From the NCBI GenBank assembly GCA_030390025.1, contig CM059437.1, positions 28,582,001-28,646,000 of the forward strand: 64,000 nucleotides of DNA, written 5' to 3'. This document shows positions 1 to 12,904 of the stretch, one piece after another (position 1 is the stretch's first letter; every line of letters begins with the position of its first letter). Origin of the DNA: Squalus acanthias (taxonomy: Eukaryota). Below the pieces are notes generated by a model, which saw only the letters and a program-made list of their open reading frames with translations, did no database searches and was not told the origin of the DNA. The translations under genes and the position numbers were made by a program.

Positions 1-117
1 CCAGCACTCCTACTTCTGACTACTCTCTTGTGGTCCTTGATATTAGTGGCAAAATGTGGACGTTGGATGAGGACAGGGTTAAGCATGGCTGTGATTTAAA
101 AAAAAATAAAAAAAAAT

Positions 118-830
118 TTATTTGTTTTATGGGATGTGGGCGTCGCTGGCAAGGCCAACATTTATTGCCCATCCCTAATTGCCCTTGAGAAGGTGGTGGT
201 GAGCCGCCTTCTTGAACTGCTGCAGTCCGTGTGGTGAAGCTACTCCCACAGTGCTGTTAGGTAGGGAGTTCCAGGATTTTGACCCAGCGACGATGGACCT
301 TGTAGTTGAATATCCCATCAACACTCACTCGGGAACTTGGAGGTGGTGGTGTTCCCATGCGCCTGCTGCCCTTGTCTTTCTAGGCACTAGAAGTCGCGGG
401 TTTGGGAGGTGCTGCCGAAGAAGCCTTGGCGAGTTGCTGCAGTGCATCTTGTAGATGGTACACACAGCAGCCACGGTGCGTCGGTGGTGGAGGGAGTGAA
501 TGTTTAAGATGGTGGATGGGGTGCCAATCAAGCGGGCTGCTTTGTCCTGGATGGAGTCGAGCTTCTTGAATGTTGTTGGAGCTGCACTCATCCAGGCAAG
601 TGGGGAGTATTCCATCACACTCCTTACTTGTGCCGTGTAGATGGTGGAAAGGCTTTGGGGAGTCAGGAGGTGAGACACTCGCCGCAGAATACCTAGCCTC
701 TGACACCTGCTCTTGTTGCCACAGTATTTATGTGGCTGGTCCAGTTAAGTTTCTGGTCAATTGTGACCCCCTAGGATAGTGATGGTAATGCCGTTGAATA
801 TCACGGGGAGGTGGTTAGACATTCTCTCAC
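118..830 (-). mobile_element. 5'-truncated LINE (CR1/L2-group) RT C-terminus and 3' UTR
   Basis: Minus ORF 325-678 QVRSVMEYSPLAW...LDSIQDKAARLIG is a non-LTR RT thumb region. It is the reverse complement of the copy at 27268-28293 and shares its 3' tail (gggatgggcaataaatg...gcccacatccc + A-rich). Confidence 0.9.
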
Positions 831-2232
831 GTATAAAGAATGCCTACTTAAACAAGGTACAAGAGGTTGCTTTCCATCTATATAACCAGACCCCAGCAAG
901 GAGTCAACGCCGTTAAGAAATATGGAAGGGAGAAAGAAAATAAATCATGAAAAATACTGCCTGGGAAAAGTGTGCCATCTCAGTTTAAGAAAGCATGTCT
1001 TGATGAGGCCCAGTGATTTGCCATTTTAAGTGCTGGGCATGTGGGTAACAAGATTCAAAGCATGTGCTTGTTTGTACTAAAATGCTGCTTTGTGACATAA
1101 TATTGTAGCAGGTTGGGGTTTTAATTACTGTGGTGCTGCTTAGATATTAGTGGAGCTTGAGGAAAATAATTTCCGACAAGGTGCATAGCTGTGCTGCTTC
1201 ACAAAGAGGCACGCCTACCTTGAACATTTCACTCAGCGTTAATTAAATTGCCAGCCGTCTGTCTTCAGCAGCTGTTTTTGTTCTCTCTCAAAACTAACAG
1301 GTTTCTAATTTAATTTATTAGGACCTGCATCTACCAGAATTAAAATGACAGGTTAGCAGTGCAAGTAAATGGAGTCTGCACCTGGTTTAATCTGTCACTC
1401 TTGAACAGAGTTGTAATTACTCTTGCAAGCTGCCACTGCAATCAGATTTGGGGCATAAAATGCCACTAGCTGTCAGTTGAATTTAGCAGACGTACCTGTC
1501 CTCAGTTGCAAGTTTAAATTGCTGGCGGTCTCTGTTTTGGTTGGTGTTCAGCCTATCCCGGTCCTGGCGTATTTTCAGGCTGTTCCGCCAGACTCCGGCC
1601 AGAGTTATGCCATGAGTCCGCTGGAAGAGCCAAGGAAATTTAACCACTAACTGTTTAGATTCACAGATGAAGAAGATGTAAGTTGATTGTGCTAGGCAGG
1701 GTCATGAGAGGGATAACAAGGAGTTTCCACTGCACCCTGTTAAAAATGCATATATTTCACCTTTTGGTGCAACAGGTAACCTGATGGATAAGCAGAGAAA
1801 TTTTACAAGTTAGTGCTGCTGGCACAGAATTTTGAGTAACAGAAGCACATATTGGAAATTCAGGTGCACAGGTAAATCCTTCTCGCATGATTTTCCGTTC
1901 ACTCATCTTATTCAGTGGAAAATTTGGCAGGATGCACTGACTTCCACACTCAAAATCCTGAAATATGCTACTGTTGCACAAAGGTCTGTACCAGGAGCGC
2001 TAATTCATTAAATTTGCCCTATGATAACAACCTCATCCTGTCGACAGTTCTGTGTTTATTTCTGATTTCACTGCTTATGTGTGGCTGTGAGCGTAAGCAG
2101 GATATTGAGTAGTCAGTAACATTATTCTACTATGTTTAAGAAATGTTTTTTCCAGGTTGGGGGTGGGGGTGGGGTCAAGGGCTAAGAATTTTTCTAAAAA
2201 CATTAAGACTTTACATTTCAGGAAGCACTTTT

Positions 2233-2752
2233 TAGAATCATAGAATCGTTGCAGCACAGTAGGAGGCCATTTGGCCCGTCGAGCCCGTGCCAGCTCTCTG
2301 CAAGAGCACTTCAGCTAGGCCCAATCCCCCGCCCTTTCGCCGTAGCCCTGCAAATTTTTTCCTTCAGGTACTTGCCTAATTCCCTTTTGAAAGCCACGAT
2401 TGAATCTGCCTCCACCACCCTTTCAGGCAGTGCATTCCAGATCATAACCACTCGCTGCGTAAAAAAGTTTTTCCTCATGTCTCCTTTGGATCTTTTGCCA
2501 ATCACCTTAAATCTGTGTCCTCTGGTTCTCGACACTTCCGCCAATGGGAACAGTTTCTCTCCATCTACTCTGTCTGGACCCCTCATGATTTTGAACGCCT
2601 CTATCAAATCTCCTCTCAATCTTCTTTGCTCTAAGGAGAACAACCCCAGCTTCTCCAGTCTATCCACGTAACTGTAATCCCTCATCCCTGGAACCATTCT
2701 TGTAAATCTTTTCTGCACCCTCTCTAAAGCCTTCACATCCTTCCTAAAGTTT
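2233..2752 (-). mobile_element. CR1 LINE 3' end
   Basis: Minus ORF KDVKALERVQKRFTRMVPG...LGLFSLEQRRLRGDLIEAFKIM...FFTQRVVMIWNALP is the CR1 ORF2 C-terminus. It ends in an (ATGATTCT)-type tandem tail. Confidence 0.95.
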
Positions 2753-2975
2753 CTCACAAAGGGTAGTGGAAATCTTGAACTCTTTTCCCCAAAGGCTGTG
2801 GCTGCTGGCTGTTAATTGAAATTTTCAAGACCGAGATTGATAGATTTTTGTTAGGTAAGGATACCAAGGGATATGGAGCAAAGACAGGTAGATAGAGTTA
2901 AGATACAGATCAGCCATAATCTAATTGGATGGTGGACAGGCTCAGGGGGCTGAATGGCCTACTCCTGTTGCTATG
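2751..2975 (+). mobile_element. CR1 LINE 3' end, second subfamily
   Basis: gagattgatagatttttg...gatcagcc...ggctgaatggcctactcctg CR1 3' UTR, also seen at 24946-25309, 41425-41688 and 47745-47905. Confidence 0.85.
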
Positions 2976-3300
2976 ATTACTATTTTCCCCATGTAGAATA
3001 ATTTGGTTTTAAATTATTTAGCGTATTGCATATTTTTTCAAGAGGCTTTGGGCACATGTGCAGTTGTGGAAAAAAGGAAGTACTACATAGATGAGACAAA
3101 ACACAGATTGGGGCAAAGTGAATAAGAGTAAGGCTAGAGAGAAAGGAATAGGGCCTGTCCTAAAAGCATTGCATTAAAGCCCACCAAAACTTGCATCCTT
3201 TAATATAAACTTAATTTACTGATCAAATAATTTTAACTTTTAAATAAATGCTTATCATTTCTACAGAAGCATGCACACCATCAAACTACTTCCAGATTCA

Positions 3301-4643
3301 GGGAGTAGACTTTCCACTTTTGGTGCAGCTGGCGATTGTGGCGCAAATTGTGCCCGTTTTGAAAAGTTTTCTTCCTCCCTGCTCGAGTTTCTGCTCAAAC
3401 TCATTTGCATATTGCCGAATGCCAAATCTGCCATGAACCAGCGCAACCAGGGCAACGTTTTTAAACGTAATTTAAAAAAAATAATTTTGATTCAAAAATA
3501 TTCTTTGATATATTTAAGAGTAGTGACTTGGTAAACTTTGATCAATACAGTTTATCGCAAAAATAAACATTTCAATCCACTGCCTTTGAGTAACCCGATT
3601 TTAAATGACTGAAAATGACTTTTAATAAATGTACAGAACTATTTTCTAGCTAAATTGGCGTACAGTAATCAGTTCCTTAGTAAATTAAAAAAAAATCATT
3701 AGTGTCCTTGTGCCCAAAAGATCGAGCTTAATTTTTGGAGCCTCCTCGAAAGCCTGCAAACAAGTGCAGTTAGCGGAAACTCCCAATGGTGATTAATTCA
3801 TCCGGGGGGGCGTGGCCAATTTTGTGGGCGGCTTCTAGCACAATGTTTTTAAAACTAGCGCGAAAGATCGCAGAAACTCGAATTGCGCGGAATGCACTTT
3901 GCGCTAAAAATTCCGCAATCTTTTGCGCCAGTTACGCTGATACCGGGCGAATTGAAACGAAAAAAACAGCTGAATTGAGTGGAAATTCCAGGCATCCAAT
4001 GGATTAGCCAACCCTTTCGGACTCGGAAGGAGTCCGTGATCTCAGACAGCATGGCGGCAAAGTGGCTACAATTGGTCTCAATGCTATTGATTTTCAGAGG
4101 AGAAAACCGGCTGGGGTTCCCAGTCCTGATTGTTATCCAGAGACTTGTGTCAGAAGTTCCTGCTTATCGACGCTGGATGAGGACAGGATCCGGCTCGACT
4201 GCGAAGCCCTTGCGGCCAAATCCCAGAAGAACAATCTCACTTGGCTGAGATGCTGGATGGTGCCTGCCTGGTGCCCATAGGGACTGTGCTATGTTGAAGC
4301 CAGGTTGAAGAAATGTTAGAGGACAGAAGAAAACCAATGTTAAAAAAAAAAATCAAATCCCTAGACAGAATACAAAAATCTTACAGCATGCTGCTGACTC
4401 TTCCATGCCCCGCCACCTAAATGTCCCCTTCTCCCCTCTAACTAATTACTTCTAGCTAGCTGCCGTGCAGGAGCGGATGGATTCTAGAATTGCCGCCAAA
4501 CGCCCCCCCACCCCCCAGCTTCTTGAGTGCTGCTTCAGCGCTCGTAGCTCATATACATTATGCAGAAAAGGCCCAGTTACAAAAATAGCTTGTGTCTGCT
4601 GCGAGCTAGTGCGATCAGGCAGCCAATACGCTCCAGATCAAAG
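3301..4643. mobile_element. Probable non-autonomous DNA transposon (Harbinger-type derivative), right end disrupted
   Basis: Starts gggagtagactttcc, then CpG-rich subterminal blocks separated by an AT-rich spacer, the same architecture as the MITEs at 32119 and 55446. The right TIR and TSD were not found because a SINE abuts at ~4645. Confidence 0.45.
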
Positions 4644-4644
4644 T

Positions 4645-4910
4645 TGGTTTTTGAGAGCCAACCACATAGTGAGGGATTGGAGTCACATGTAGGCCAGACT
4701 GGGTAGGAGTTGAAGGTCCCTTTCCTGAAGAACATTAGTGAACAAGTTGTGTTTTTTTTTCAATTATGCAGCAGCTTTCATGGTCATTTTATCTGGTACC
4801 AGTCCACAAATTGCCAGACTTATTGAATTCAATTTCATAACTTGCCATGATTTAAACTCATGATCTCTGGGTTGCTAGTCCAATACCATAACCACTGGGC
4901 TACCCTACCC
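4645..4910 (-). mobile_element. tRNA-derived SINE
   Basis: Minus strand begins ggtagggtagcccagtggttatggtattggactagcaacccagagatcatgagtttaaatc, a tRNA-like head with A-box and B-box remnants. Confidence 0.6.
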
Positions 4911-5987
4911 GTATACATTTCTGAAGTATATTTATGTAATACGTACACTTTAATTGAGGAAATAGATCTGTGTTGATGTGACCTGAGTTTTGTAGTGTAG
5001 CCAAATCTATTGACCTCCGTTTACCAAACTTTGACTGCCCCAGAATGACCCTGGTTCCAAATGAGTGATGGCTGCAGTGTGAAACCTGGCCATCTATGCA
5101 CCATGCGCTAGTGGATCGTCATTGCGTGATGAAGTGGCACAACAGCAGCTCTGTTATGCTGCTCCGGAGACCACAGCCATTGGCTAGATATCACATTCTT
5201 CCACCTCCTTATTTGTACACTGCCTTCAGGCAAAAGTCCTGGCTCACGTGGAGGATGATGCTAACCTTGTTAATATTCTAGTTTTATCCTTGACTTTGCA
5301 TGTCTTGCCTTGCAGAAAGCTGCTTATTAGAGTGAGGCTGCGGAAAGCAGGGACAGTATCATATATATGAAAATATGCCCTTGCTATTAAATGCGGTGTT
5401 TACATAGCCCCATTAATTATCATGCCCCCGAGACTAATTTAATGTTAATTACATGTAGTGAACTAATTTTTCTCATAGCAGTTGGTGCAGCTACTGTGAA
5501 TGTTCAAGCTCATTGATTTCTTCAAAATTTCCATTAATATTTGATTCTTTTTCCTAGTTGTAACCAATTAAAATTACAGGTGGAAGGGCAATTGTGTTAT
5601 TTGTGTATTCATTAAACTTTGTATCTGTGTTATTGGATCAGCAGCCATGCAGAATGTTTATCTTCTGCTATTACTATTCACATTATCATTCTCTTCATCG
5701 GCTCTAAAACAGCGGGAGTGTTAATAGTTATTGCACCATCTAGGCTCAGCAGGTGGTTCATCGGATTTCATGTTGGTAGATTTAAGGTCTTGGTGTGAAT
5801 GCTTCTGGGCGTTTTTATATTGATAGTTTACTATTGGCAGCAAGCACGCAATAGTCCACCACCGACAACACACTATCAATGTAAAGGAGGTGAATTCTGC
5901 GCCACTGTTGGCTTCTAGGATTGATTAGTGCTCCAATTTATTATGTGCTGTGCCATCTCTTTCAATCTTTTAACCTTCTGAGTAAAA

Positions 5988-6112
5988 CATCAAGGGTATT
6001 AAGGGCTACAGATCCAAGGCAGGTAGATGGAGTTGAGGTACAGATCAGAAATGATCTAATTGAATGGCGGAACAGACTCGAGGGGCCGAATAGTCTACTA
6101 CTTTTCCTATGG
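5988..6112 (+). mobile_element. CR1 3' UTR fragment
   Basis: caagggtatt...gatctaattgaatggcggaacagactcgaggggccgaatag matches the other CR1 tails in the window. Confidence 0.75.
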
Positions 6113-6697
6113 TCCCATCATGATGATGGGTTCTCGCCCTCTGAAATTGAGCACCGATCTCAGCCAAGCTTCCAGGTGAAGTCACCCATTGAGGCACTAA
6201 CTAACACTCCCTTTACCTTGCTGTACAAAAATGCAGTTTCTAATCCATTGAGAAATTAAGCTGCTTGGGTCAGGGCTAAAAAAGAAATTCTCCTGCTGAT
6301 ATGATCCATTAAATGATGGTGTATATATGATGGATAGCCTTTTCGATTGGGCACGTGGGAATGTGAAAGAGCTGTTGGAGGATGTCCTGTTGCCAAGCTA
6401 CCATGTTATTTCACTGGTGCAATGTATAATTATTATCTTGAAGATGCTATTATATAATTGCACATGACTTCTAAAACTGCAATTGAGTTTTAATATTCCG
6501 ATTGATGAAATTCCTGCTGTTGAATATTTTCGGTGAAATGATCGGTCAGAAATGTCAAACCCCAGACCTTTAAGCCATTTGACTGCTAAATGAATTTCAT
6601 GTCCTATTTCCCCTGCAGTTTTTTTCACCTTCCTCTTCTCGAGGTGCCTACTCCTGTTTGGGGTATGGTTCCATGGGCACCACAAACTCTTCTGGTA

Positions 6698-7060
6698 TGA
6701 ACATAAAAACAATGAAGTACAGGAAAAGACCCACCGATCAGGCCAGCCTGTCCCACACAACTGCGATGCCTTGTGCCTCACAATATAGACATTCCCCACC
6801 CCACCTGCAAGCCACGTAAACTCCTGGGTGAGGCGAAAAACCAGCTAATCCAGACCAACTAGGGAAAATAAACCTGGAAAATTCCTCTCCCTCCTCCTTA
6901 GGCAATCGTAACTAGTCCGGGGAGACCACTCTGGCCCTGATTAATGTCATACTGTACCTACCTTTTGTACATGGTCATCTCCGCCCCAGCCAGAAACATC
7001 CAGCTCTGGCTTGAAGGAATTCAGCGAATCCGCGTTGATCGCAAGAGCTGGCAGCCAGTT
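6698..7060 (-). mobile_element. CR1-type LINE 3' end nested in a SINE
   Basis: gaacataaaaacaatgaag tail and ctggcttgaaggaattcag body. SINE sequence resumes on both sides (~6600-6697 and ~7065-7190). Confidence 0.55.
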
Positions 7061-8904
7061 GGCCATTCAATGACCTCACTCAATTGGCCATTTTTCATGC
7101 GCGAGTGTCAGCAAGCAGTTTGAAAGTGGGGGGCATCACAGATGAGTCCGATCTTGAGTTTGTCCAGACGCGCGCGCACACTCAACCCACCCAGAACAAA
7201 ACTTGCCTGCAAAATTTTGCACCCACATTGCCTCCGGAGCTAGAGAATAAAACCTCTTTGCATTATAACACTCCATGCCTCCGGAGGCACAGAGGGCACA
7301 TTGTTTATAATGTCGAGCTGCCTTCAAAGGCAGCTCTGTAATATAAATGGAGTATCAGAGTGATCTGAGACAGGTTTAGTGGATGTTAGTTTAGAGTACA
7401 AAAGGAGCCTCACATTTGGCAGTAATTAACAGTAAACACGAACATTTTGGCATGTTTTCACTATAGCTGATCTCTATTAAAATCAGCTGTATTTTATCAA
7501 AGAAAAAGCAGATATTTCTAGGGCTGGAATGTTTATCAGCTGCAACATCCACTGACCTGCCTGTATTACTGTTGAACTGAGATTAACTTCAAAGCCATGA
7601 GATGTATCAGAGTTTGAACATTGTATTAGTATGAAATGCTGAAATGAGAATGCTGTTAGGAAGGAAGTTGCTGGTGGTGGGACCCACGTGTTTGTGCTAG
7701 TTTTTGGATGTGCCCTATCAGCAGTTTCATAGCACGCTGAGGCTAATGAAAAAGATTTTGTGGAGGTTGCTTATTATGTGGAAAATGCCTGTTTGCTACT
7801 GATGTTCAATTTGATGTTTTGACTGATGTCGCTATGCTAGAGCGGAGCAGATTTGTAAAATGCATCGACTTATTCAGTACAAAACATCTGATTGCCATCA
7901 AACAGCTTTGGTGCAAATGACATCCATTAGTAAGTGAGATAATGAAAATCTGGCCACCTGATTAGTTTGCAAGCCGGCATTAATCCCTGGTGAAACCATC
8001 ATTTGTAGGACACAACTTGTTTCAAAGTGGTACTGTGCAACATTTGGAATTAATGGTTATGCAGAGCTAAATGATTTTATCCTTCTGGGGTGGTGGAAAT
8101 CAGGCAGGTCTCCTTCTTGCAATTGCACTTGTTTGCCAGAATCGCGCTGTTATGATGCCTTTCACTGCTGAATAATGAAGCAACACTCACTGCCTAGGCT
8201 CATATATGAAGATTAACCACTTGGGGGACAGTTGGTGCCATGGGACTGTATCCAACGAGTTAGTGCCTTCAAGAGAGGAGATTAAAAGGGAGAAAAATTA
8301 AAGGGAAGAAAAATGAGAGGGGGGAAAAATGGGATTTGTCAGAGCTCGGGACCTGCGATTCTCCATACAGTTAGTCTGACATTGACCAGAGACCAATAGA
8401 TTTCTCACATGAAGAAAAGAAGGGAATCAGTAGGCAAATCATTCTAAGCTATTTGCATCCATTCCTCAAGAGTGGAATTGGCACAGATGAAGGATGGCAT
8501 AGCCTTTTGATTAGGAAACAATGAAGAAGATTTTTTTTTCACATCGGCCCGGGAGAAGAAAGAAACCAGCTGGCTCACTCAGTATCGGTTACTGAAGGCG
8601 CAAATAAATTAATAAAAATAGAATCTAGTTTATTATAAAAACATTGGATATGCAGTGGTAATAGTGTTTGAAATGAGGAAATGATTTTTATGGTATTTCG
8701 CTGCAGTTCAAACATGAAAGAAAACAAACTGGATTTCTTTCAATGTCAATTCAGTCACACCTGAGAAAATAGTTGAAAGCTGACTGGCTTGCCATACAGT
8801 TTCCACTAAGATGCAGTAAAGATCGATTGAAGACATCTTGATGGAATAGCTCTTGGCATAATACGTGAAATAGACAGCCATGTAAATCAACAGTTCACTG
8901 TTTA

Positions 8905-9290
8905 GTTTCCCCTTTTTTCCTCTCCTTAAGGTACTGACTCCTGCTGGGATATAGTTTCACAAAGTCCAATTCCCTCCAGTGCCTCACCCAAGAGGCTGTT
9001 CTTCCTGTGTGAGCCAAGGCTGTAAGTGTGCGTGTGGACTGTGAGTTGCGGGTCGGCTACTCTAGCCGAGCTGAGCCCAATGCAGTCCGGATCCCACTCG
9101 ACCTCCACACATGCTTATGTTCTAGCAACAGTCACTGGATGACATCAGGAACAAAAGTCCTGGCAGATTTTACCTTCCCTACCCCAGGAAAACCCCCAAA
9201 TGCTGTCCTGCCTGAGATCATTTAACTTAGCACTAAGAATTGAACTTGGGATTTCTGGTCTGTATGCTGCATTTATCCACCACACTATCC
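8905..9290 (-). mobile_element. Old tRNA-head SINE (AmnSINE2-like family, abundant in this window)
   Basis: Shares the family blocks ...gtgagcc..., ctgagcc..., cactggat...caggaac..., gctgagatca...gcac...ctggtctgt with copies at 11050-11420, 16900-17310, 19110-19480 and others. Family name from recollection. Confidence 0.65.
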
Positions 9291-9344
9291 GGGAGTGCTG
9301 TATTGCTGTATGAAGGAAAGATCATGGCATTTTCTAAACATCGG

Positions 9345-9580
9345 CCCTTTCAGGATGTCCCAATGTGGTTCACAGCCAGTGGATTACTTTTGAAGTGCAG
9401 TCACTTTGTTTTGTAGGTAAATGCAGCAGCCAGTTTCCCACAGACAGCAATGAGCTGAATGACCAGTTCATCTGTTTTTAGTGGTGTTGGTTGAGGGAAG
9501 AATGTTGTCCAGGAGATGGACTGGAACCTCACCATCTTCTGACTCCGGAGCGAGAGTGCTATCATTGAGCCAAGCTGACA
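9345..9580 (-). mobile_element. DeuSINE/SacSINE1-like SINE, diverged and internally deleted
   Basis: tacttttgaagtgcagtcact...gcagccagttt...ttctgactccggagcgagagtgctatcattgagccaagctgac matches the near full-length copy at 43172-43626. Confidence 0.7.
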
Positions 9581-10129
9581 TTGGGAAAGCTTCATAAATG
9601 AAGAGTGGCACTGTGCTGTGTTGATGTGGACTCTCTCTGGTAATTCCCCACAGCAAGCTCAGAGCCAAATAGAGGGCAGGTGCTTCGCCACAGGGAGCAA
9701 AGGTCAATTAGAGGATGAGTCACCCAGTCCCCCCTTCTGCATTTCTTAACCACTGACTCAAGAGCATTTTTGGCAGAGTCTTGGAAATAGTTTGCAAGCC
9801 CGACCTCTCTGCCAGCCAATGGTGCAAAAGATCAAAAGATGAATAAAATAGAGGGATGACGGTTCTGTTGTGAGTTGCAGGTTCCAGCATTTCACACCAT
9901 GGAGTAATAGGATGTGGATTTGTGCCCACAATTTCCCAGACAGTGAACTTTCCAAAACATTCCCTCTTGGAGTTGGGTGGCATTATTGAATATACTTTAC
10001 AAGTGTGGTGATGTTTACTATTGTAAGTTTATTGATTGTTTATCTGAGAGTAGCTGGTAGAGAGTGTTAAAAAAATACCATGAGGTAATGGGTTATTCAC
10101 TGAGTTAGGTTTACTTTGATGACATTATT

Positions 10130-10385
10130 CACAGTTGAGCCAAAATTCCTTGGCAATTGCGGTGTACTTCTGCCGTATCTTTGGTGGGGAATGTGTTGAA
10201 ATGACCACCAACCTCTTTGGCATCCAGATATGCCAGATTCCAGCTGCGGTGCCCAGTTTCCTGGATGGCCTTGTAGGGGCGAGACCCTTCAGCCGTCCCT
10301 ACAAGGCCATAAGCATCCAAGCTCCAGCCTCACAGGGACTTGGCATAAGGTTGGAGATTGGTACAAGTGAGAAGAGAGCGATAGT
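10130..10385 (-). pseudogene. Very decayed PIF/Harbinger-like transposase fragment (N-terminal half)
   Basis: Mixed-frame minus translation ...LAPTRPSRKLGTAAGIWH...AKEV...FNTFPTKDT...TAIAKEFW resembles the HARBI1-type pattern LATGS-Q--G---GIS...I-FP...IA-EF. By-eye similarity only. Confidence 0.3.
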
Positions 10386-11049
10386 GGGTCCCACTGGGGT
10401 GATGGGATCAGCATGGGATTATGGCCTGGACTGCTCATTTTTGATTCATTTTTTGTAACTACTTTTTTCTTACAATTGGTTATTCACCATGTGTGAGCCT
10501 CGGCAGTGAGAGTTGCCAGGCTATTCACTCTGGGGGATATCAAAGCCGAGTCTGATTTAAGCCCGAAATAATTCTTTAATAGAAAGTGGGAGAATGTCTG
10601 TTTTTCTCTGCAAGTCATTGGCCGTGAAGCAGTTTAAGGATGTGAAGGGTGCGATAAAAATGTATGCTCTTTCTTTCTTTAATTAGTTAAACATCTGCTA
10701 ACAAATTGTGGGATAGTCCTGCTTTGAAAAATGTAATTTTGGAGGATGCAATTGTATTAGCTCGTCCTTCTATTACAGAGGCAGTCATCTGTTTTTTTTG
10801 TTAACGAGAAATTTCAGACCCCTTGCTGATGCTACTGTATACTGTAATAGTCTACTAAGAGTTTTGTCAAAGCAGCCTTTGGGTGGACTCCCCTTTGACG
10901 ATGAAGCACTATATGGGGAACCTCCTCATTTCACTTCTCAGCTCCCTCTGGCAGCTCAGCTGGGTTTGGGAGCTTGCATTGTGAGCGCTGTCTGTCTGAA
11001 CCTACGTCTCACCATTCCAAGGATCATTATTAATGTACATATTGCAAAT

Positions 11050-11420
11050 GATTTTTTTTTCTTGCCAATTTTCTCCCATCATCTCTTGAAAACGTGAACT
11101 CCTTGCTGGGGTACAGTTGGACGGGCTGCAGTTGCTAGTGTCAGGGAGCTTCTCGATGGTGTATAATATCTCAACCAAGCCTGATCCTGCTGTCACCCAA
11201 CATTGATTGACATGCTCTTCTAACAGAGGCTGCTGAATCGTGATCCGGAGCGCCATTTCTGGCTAGTTTTCATCTGCCTCAGCTAGAGGTGCTAAGGCCA
11301 ATTGTAGCATTCCTGTGGTTACCTTGGCTAAGTTTCATAAAATCGGCACAGGCCAGGTATTGAACCCGAGTTCTTCTGGTTTGTATAGCTCAGGTACTCG
11401 CCGGATAGATTCAGTAAGCC
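11050..11420 (-). mobile_element. Old tRNA-head SINE (AmnSINE2-like)
   Basis: Same family blocks: ccaagcctgatcctgc...ggccaattgtagca...gcacaggccaggtattgaacc...ctggtttgtatagctcag. Confidence 0.6.
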
Positions 11421-11626
11421 ATCAGGACTGCCCAGATTACAAATGTATAACTGAACAATCCACCTTCAAAGCTGCATTGTCATGGATAAGTGAGGAATGA
11501 CACACATCTTTACATTAGTAATCGAAGATGTCTCAGCAATGGATTCACCAGTACTTTTTTGTTTGGAAAATAGTTCATTTAAAAAAAAAAATAATATGCC
11601 AACAGTTTGACATTTTATATTCACAG

Positions 11627-11686
11627 GTACCCTGTTTGGGTTAGCTCTGGAACTCTTGAGAATACAGTAAATCTTTCAGTAATGTG
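11627..11686 (+). other. Candidate internal exon (60 nt) of an unidentified host gene
   Basis: Acceptor ttgacattttatattcacag and strong donor TG|gtaagt. One frame is open throughout (phase 2 to phase 2: xYPVWVSSGTLENTVNLSVMx). It could instead be a 5' UTR exon ending in ATG TG. It lies in unique sequence. Confidence 0.5.
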
Positions 11687-11891
11687 GTAAGTTTGTCTTT
11701 TTTTATTAATATTGAACTAAAGTGTAAGCTGGGAATTGAACCCAAATTAAATTTTTGGTGAGAGAAAATGAGACTTTTTTTTTTCTTTTACTAAGAGTTC
11801 AATGTGTACATTTTTCTTCTATTTGTTCATAATTGCTACTGGCCTCTGAGATGCTGCCTCAGCTGGGAGGGGATTGTGGTCTGAATTTATT

Positions 11892-12077
11892 GGGGCCAAT
11901 TTTGAATTTCGCCAGTGGCAGAAAACTGGCGGTAGCGGGTTGGCTGCCCAATTAGCACCCGCCCAGGATTTGTTTTCCATTGACTTCAATGGAAAGGAAA
12001 ATTAGGCGGGGTATATAACGGGTGGTCGATCCACTAATGCCAGTTTTCCAACCCTGCTGAAAGTGAAAATGATCCCC
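11892..12077. mobile_element. Palindromic MITE (Harbinger-type), 186 bp
   Basis: Ends ggggccaatttt / aaaatgatcccc with an ATT TSD on both sides. The arms are imperfectly complementary around the central palindrome ttccattgacttcaatggaa. Confidence 0.75.
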
Positions 12078-12421
12078 ATTGAATTAGAAAACCTAGGTGA
12101 AAAGTTTAGCCACGGAGTTCCTCCTCCTTATCCCCTCCCAGGGCAGTTTTTAAATCCTCGTACCTACAGTTTTCCTGCAACCTGTTTGATAAAGTCAGGA
12201 CTAGCTGTCTGCTGGTCCCGCGCAGCCCGGGACCGGCTTTTCCAATGTGAAATTTTGCGCATGCACGAAACTTTGAATGGGCTGCACAGCCCTTTAAAGG
12301 GACCGCGCACCCAAAAAAAATTAGGGGGAACATTGGTCGAGACTTGTGTATATATAACGTGTTCTGGGTTTCAAAAAGAGACATTGAATTATTTAATTGC
12401 AGCGCACCACCAAGTTTGAAA

Positions 12422-12630
12422 AGTGTGGTGAGAATGTGGAACTCGCTGCCACATGGAGTGGTTGAAGTTGAGGCTTTATGTATACCTGAGGGTGAAGGGA
12501 ATAGACGGTTATGGAGGCAGGGTGAAAAGAGGGAATTAGAATGGGAGGAGGCTGGTGTGGAGTAGAAACAATGGCGTATAGCAGTTGGGTCGAATGGCCT
12601 GGCTCTGTGCTGTAGGTTTTATGTGATTCT
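12422..12630 (+). mobile_element. CR1 3' end fragment
   Basis: VVRMWNSLPHGVVE (gtggtgagaatgtggaactcgctgcca) followed by a CR1-type 3' UTR ending gaatggcctggctctgtgctgt. Confidence 0.75.
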
Positions 12631-12904
12631 TTATAAAAATACAAGATATACCATGAAATACTGATGCGATACGGGAGTGAGGGGGGAGATAGTGGGACAG
12701 TCCATGAGAGTAAAAAAGGGTAACCATCTCGGGACAATGCGCCTGTTTGGGACTGGGCTTTTGCTGTTTGGTTTTCCAGCAGCTCTGCTAAGCATTGGTT
12801 TACATCGTTTGCAAAAGTTTGCCAAAGACTGAATGTTAGTTGAAACTAAGATATTAATCAGAGAGAAAAAGGGGATTGTTCCAAAGCTATTGGAACTACA
12901 GTAT

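Noticed and set aside
2233-2975. Head-to-head CR1 pair as a twin-priming inversion
   Set aside because: Both halves have their own 3' tails from different subfamilies, so these are two independent insertions.
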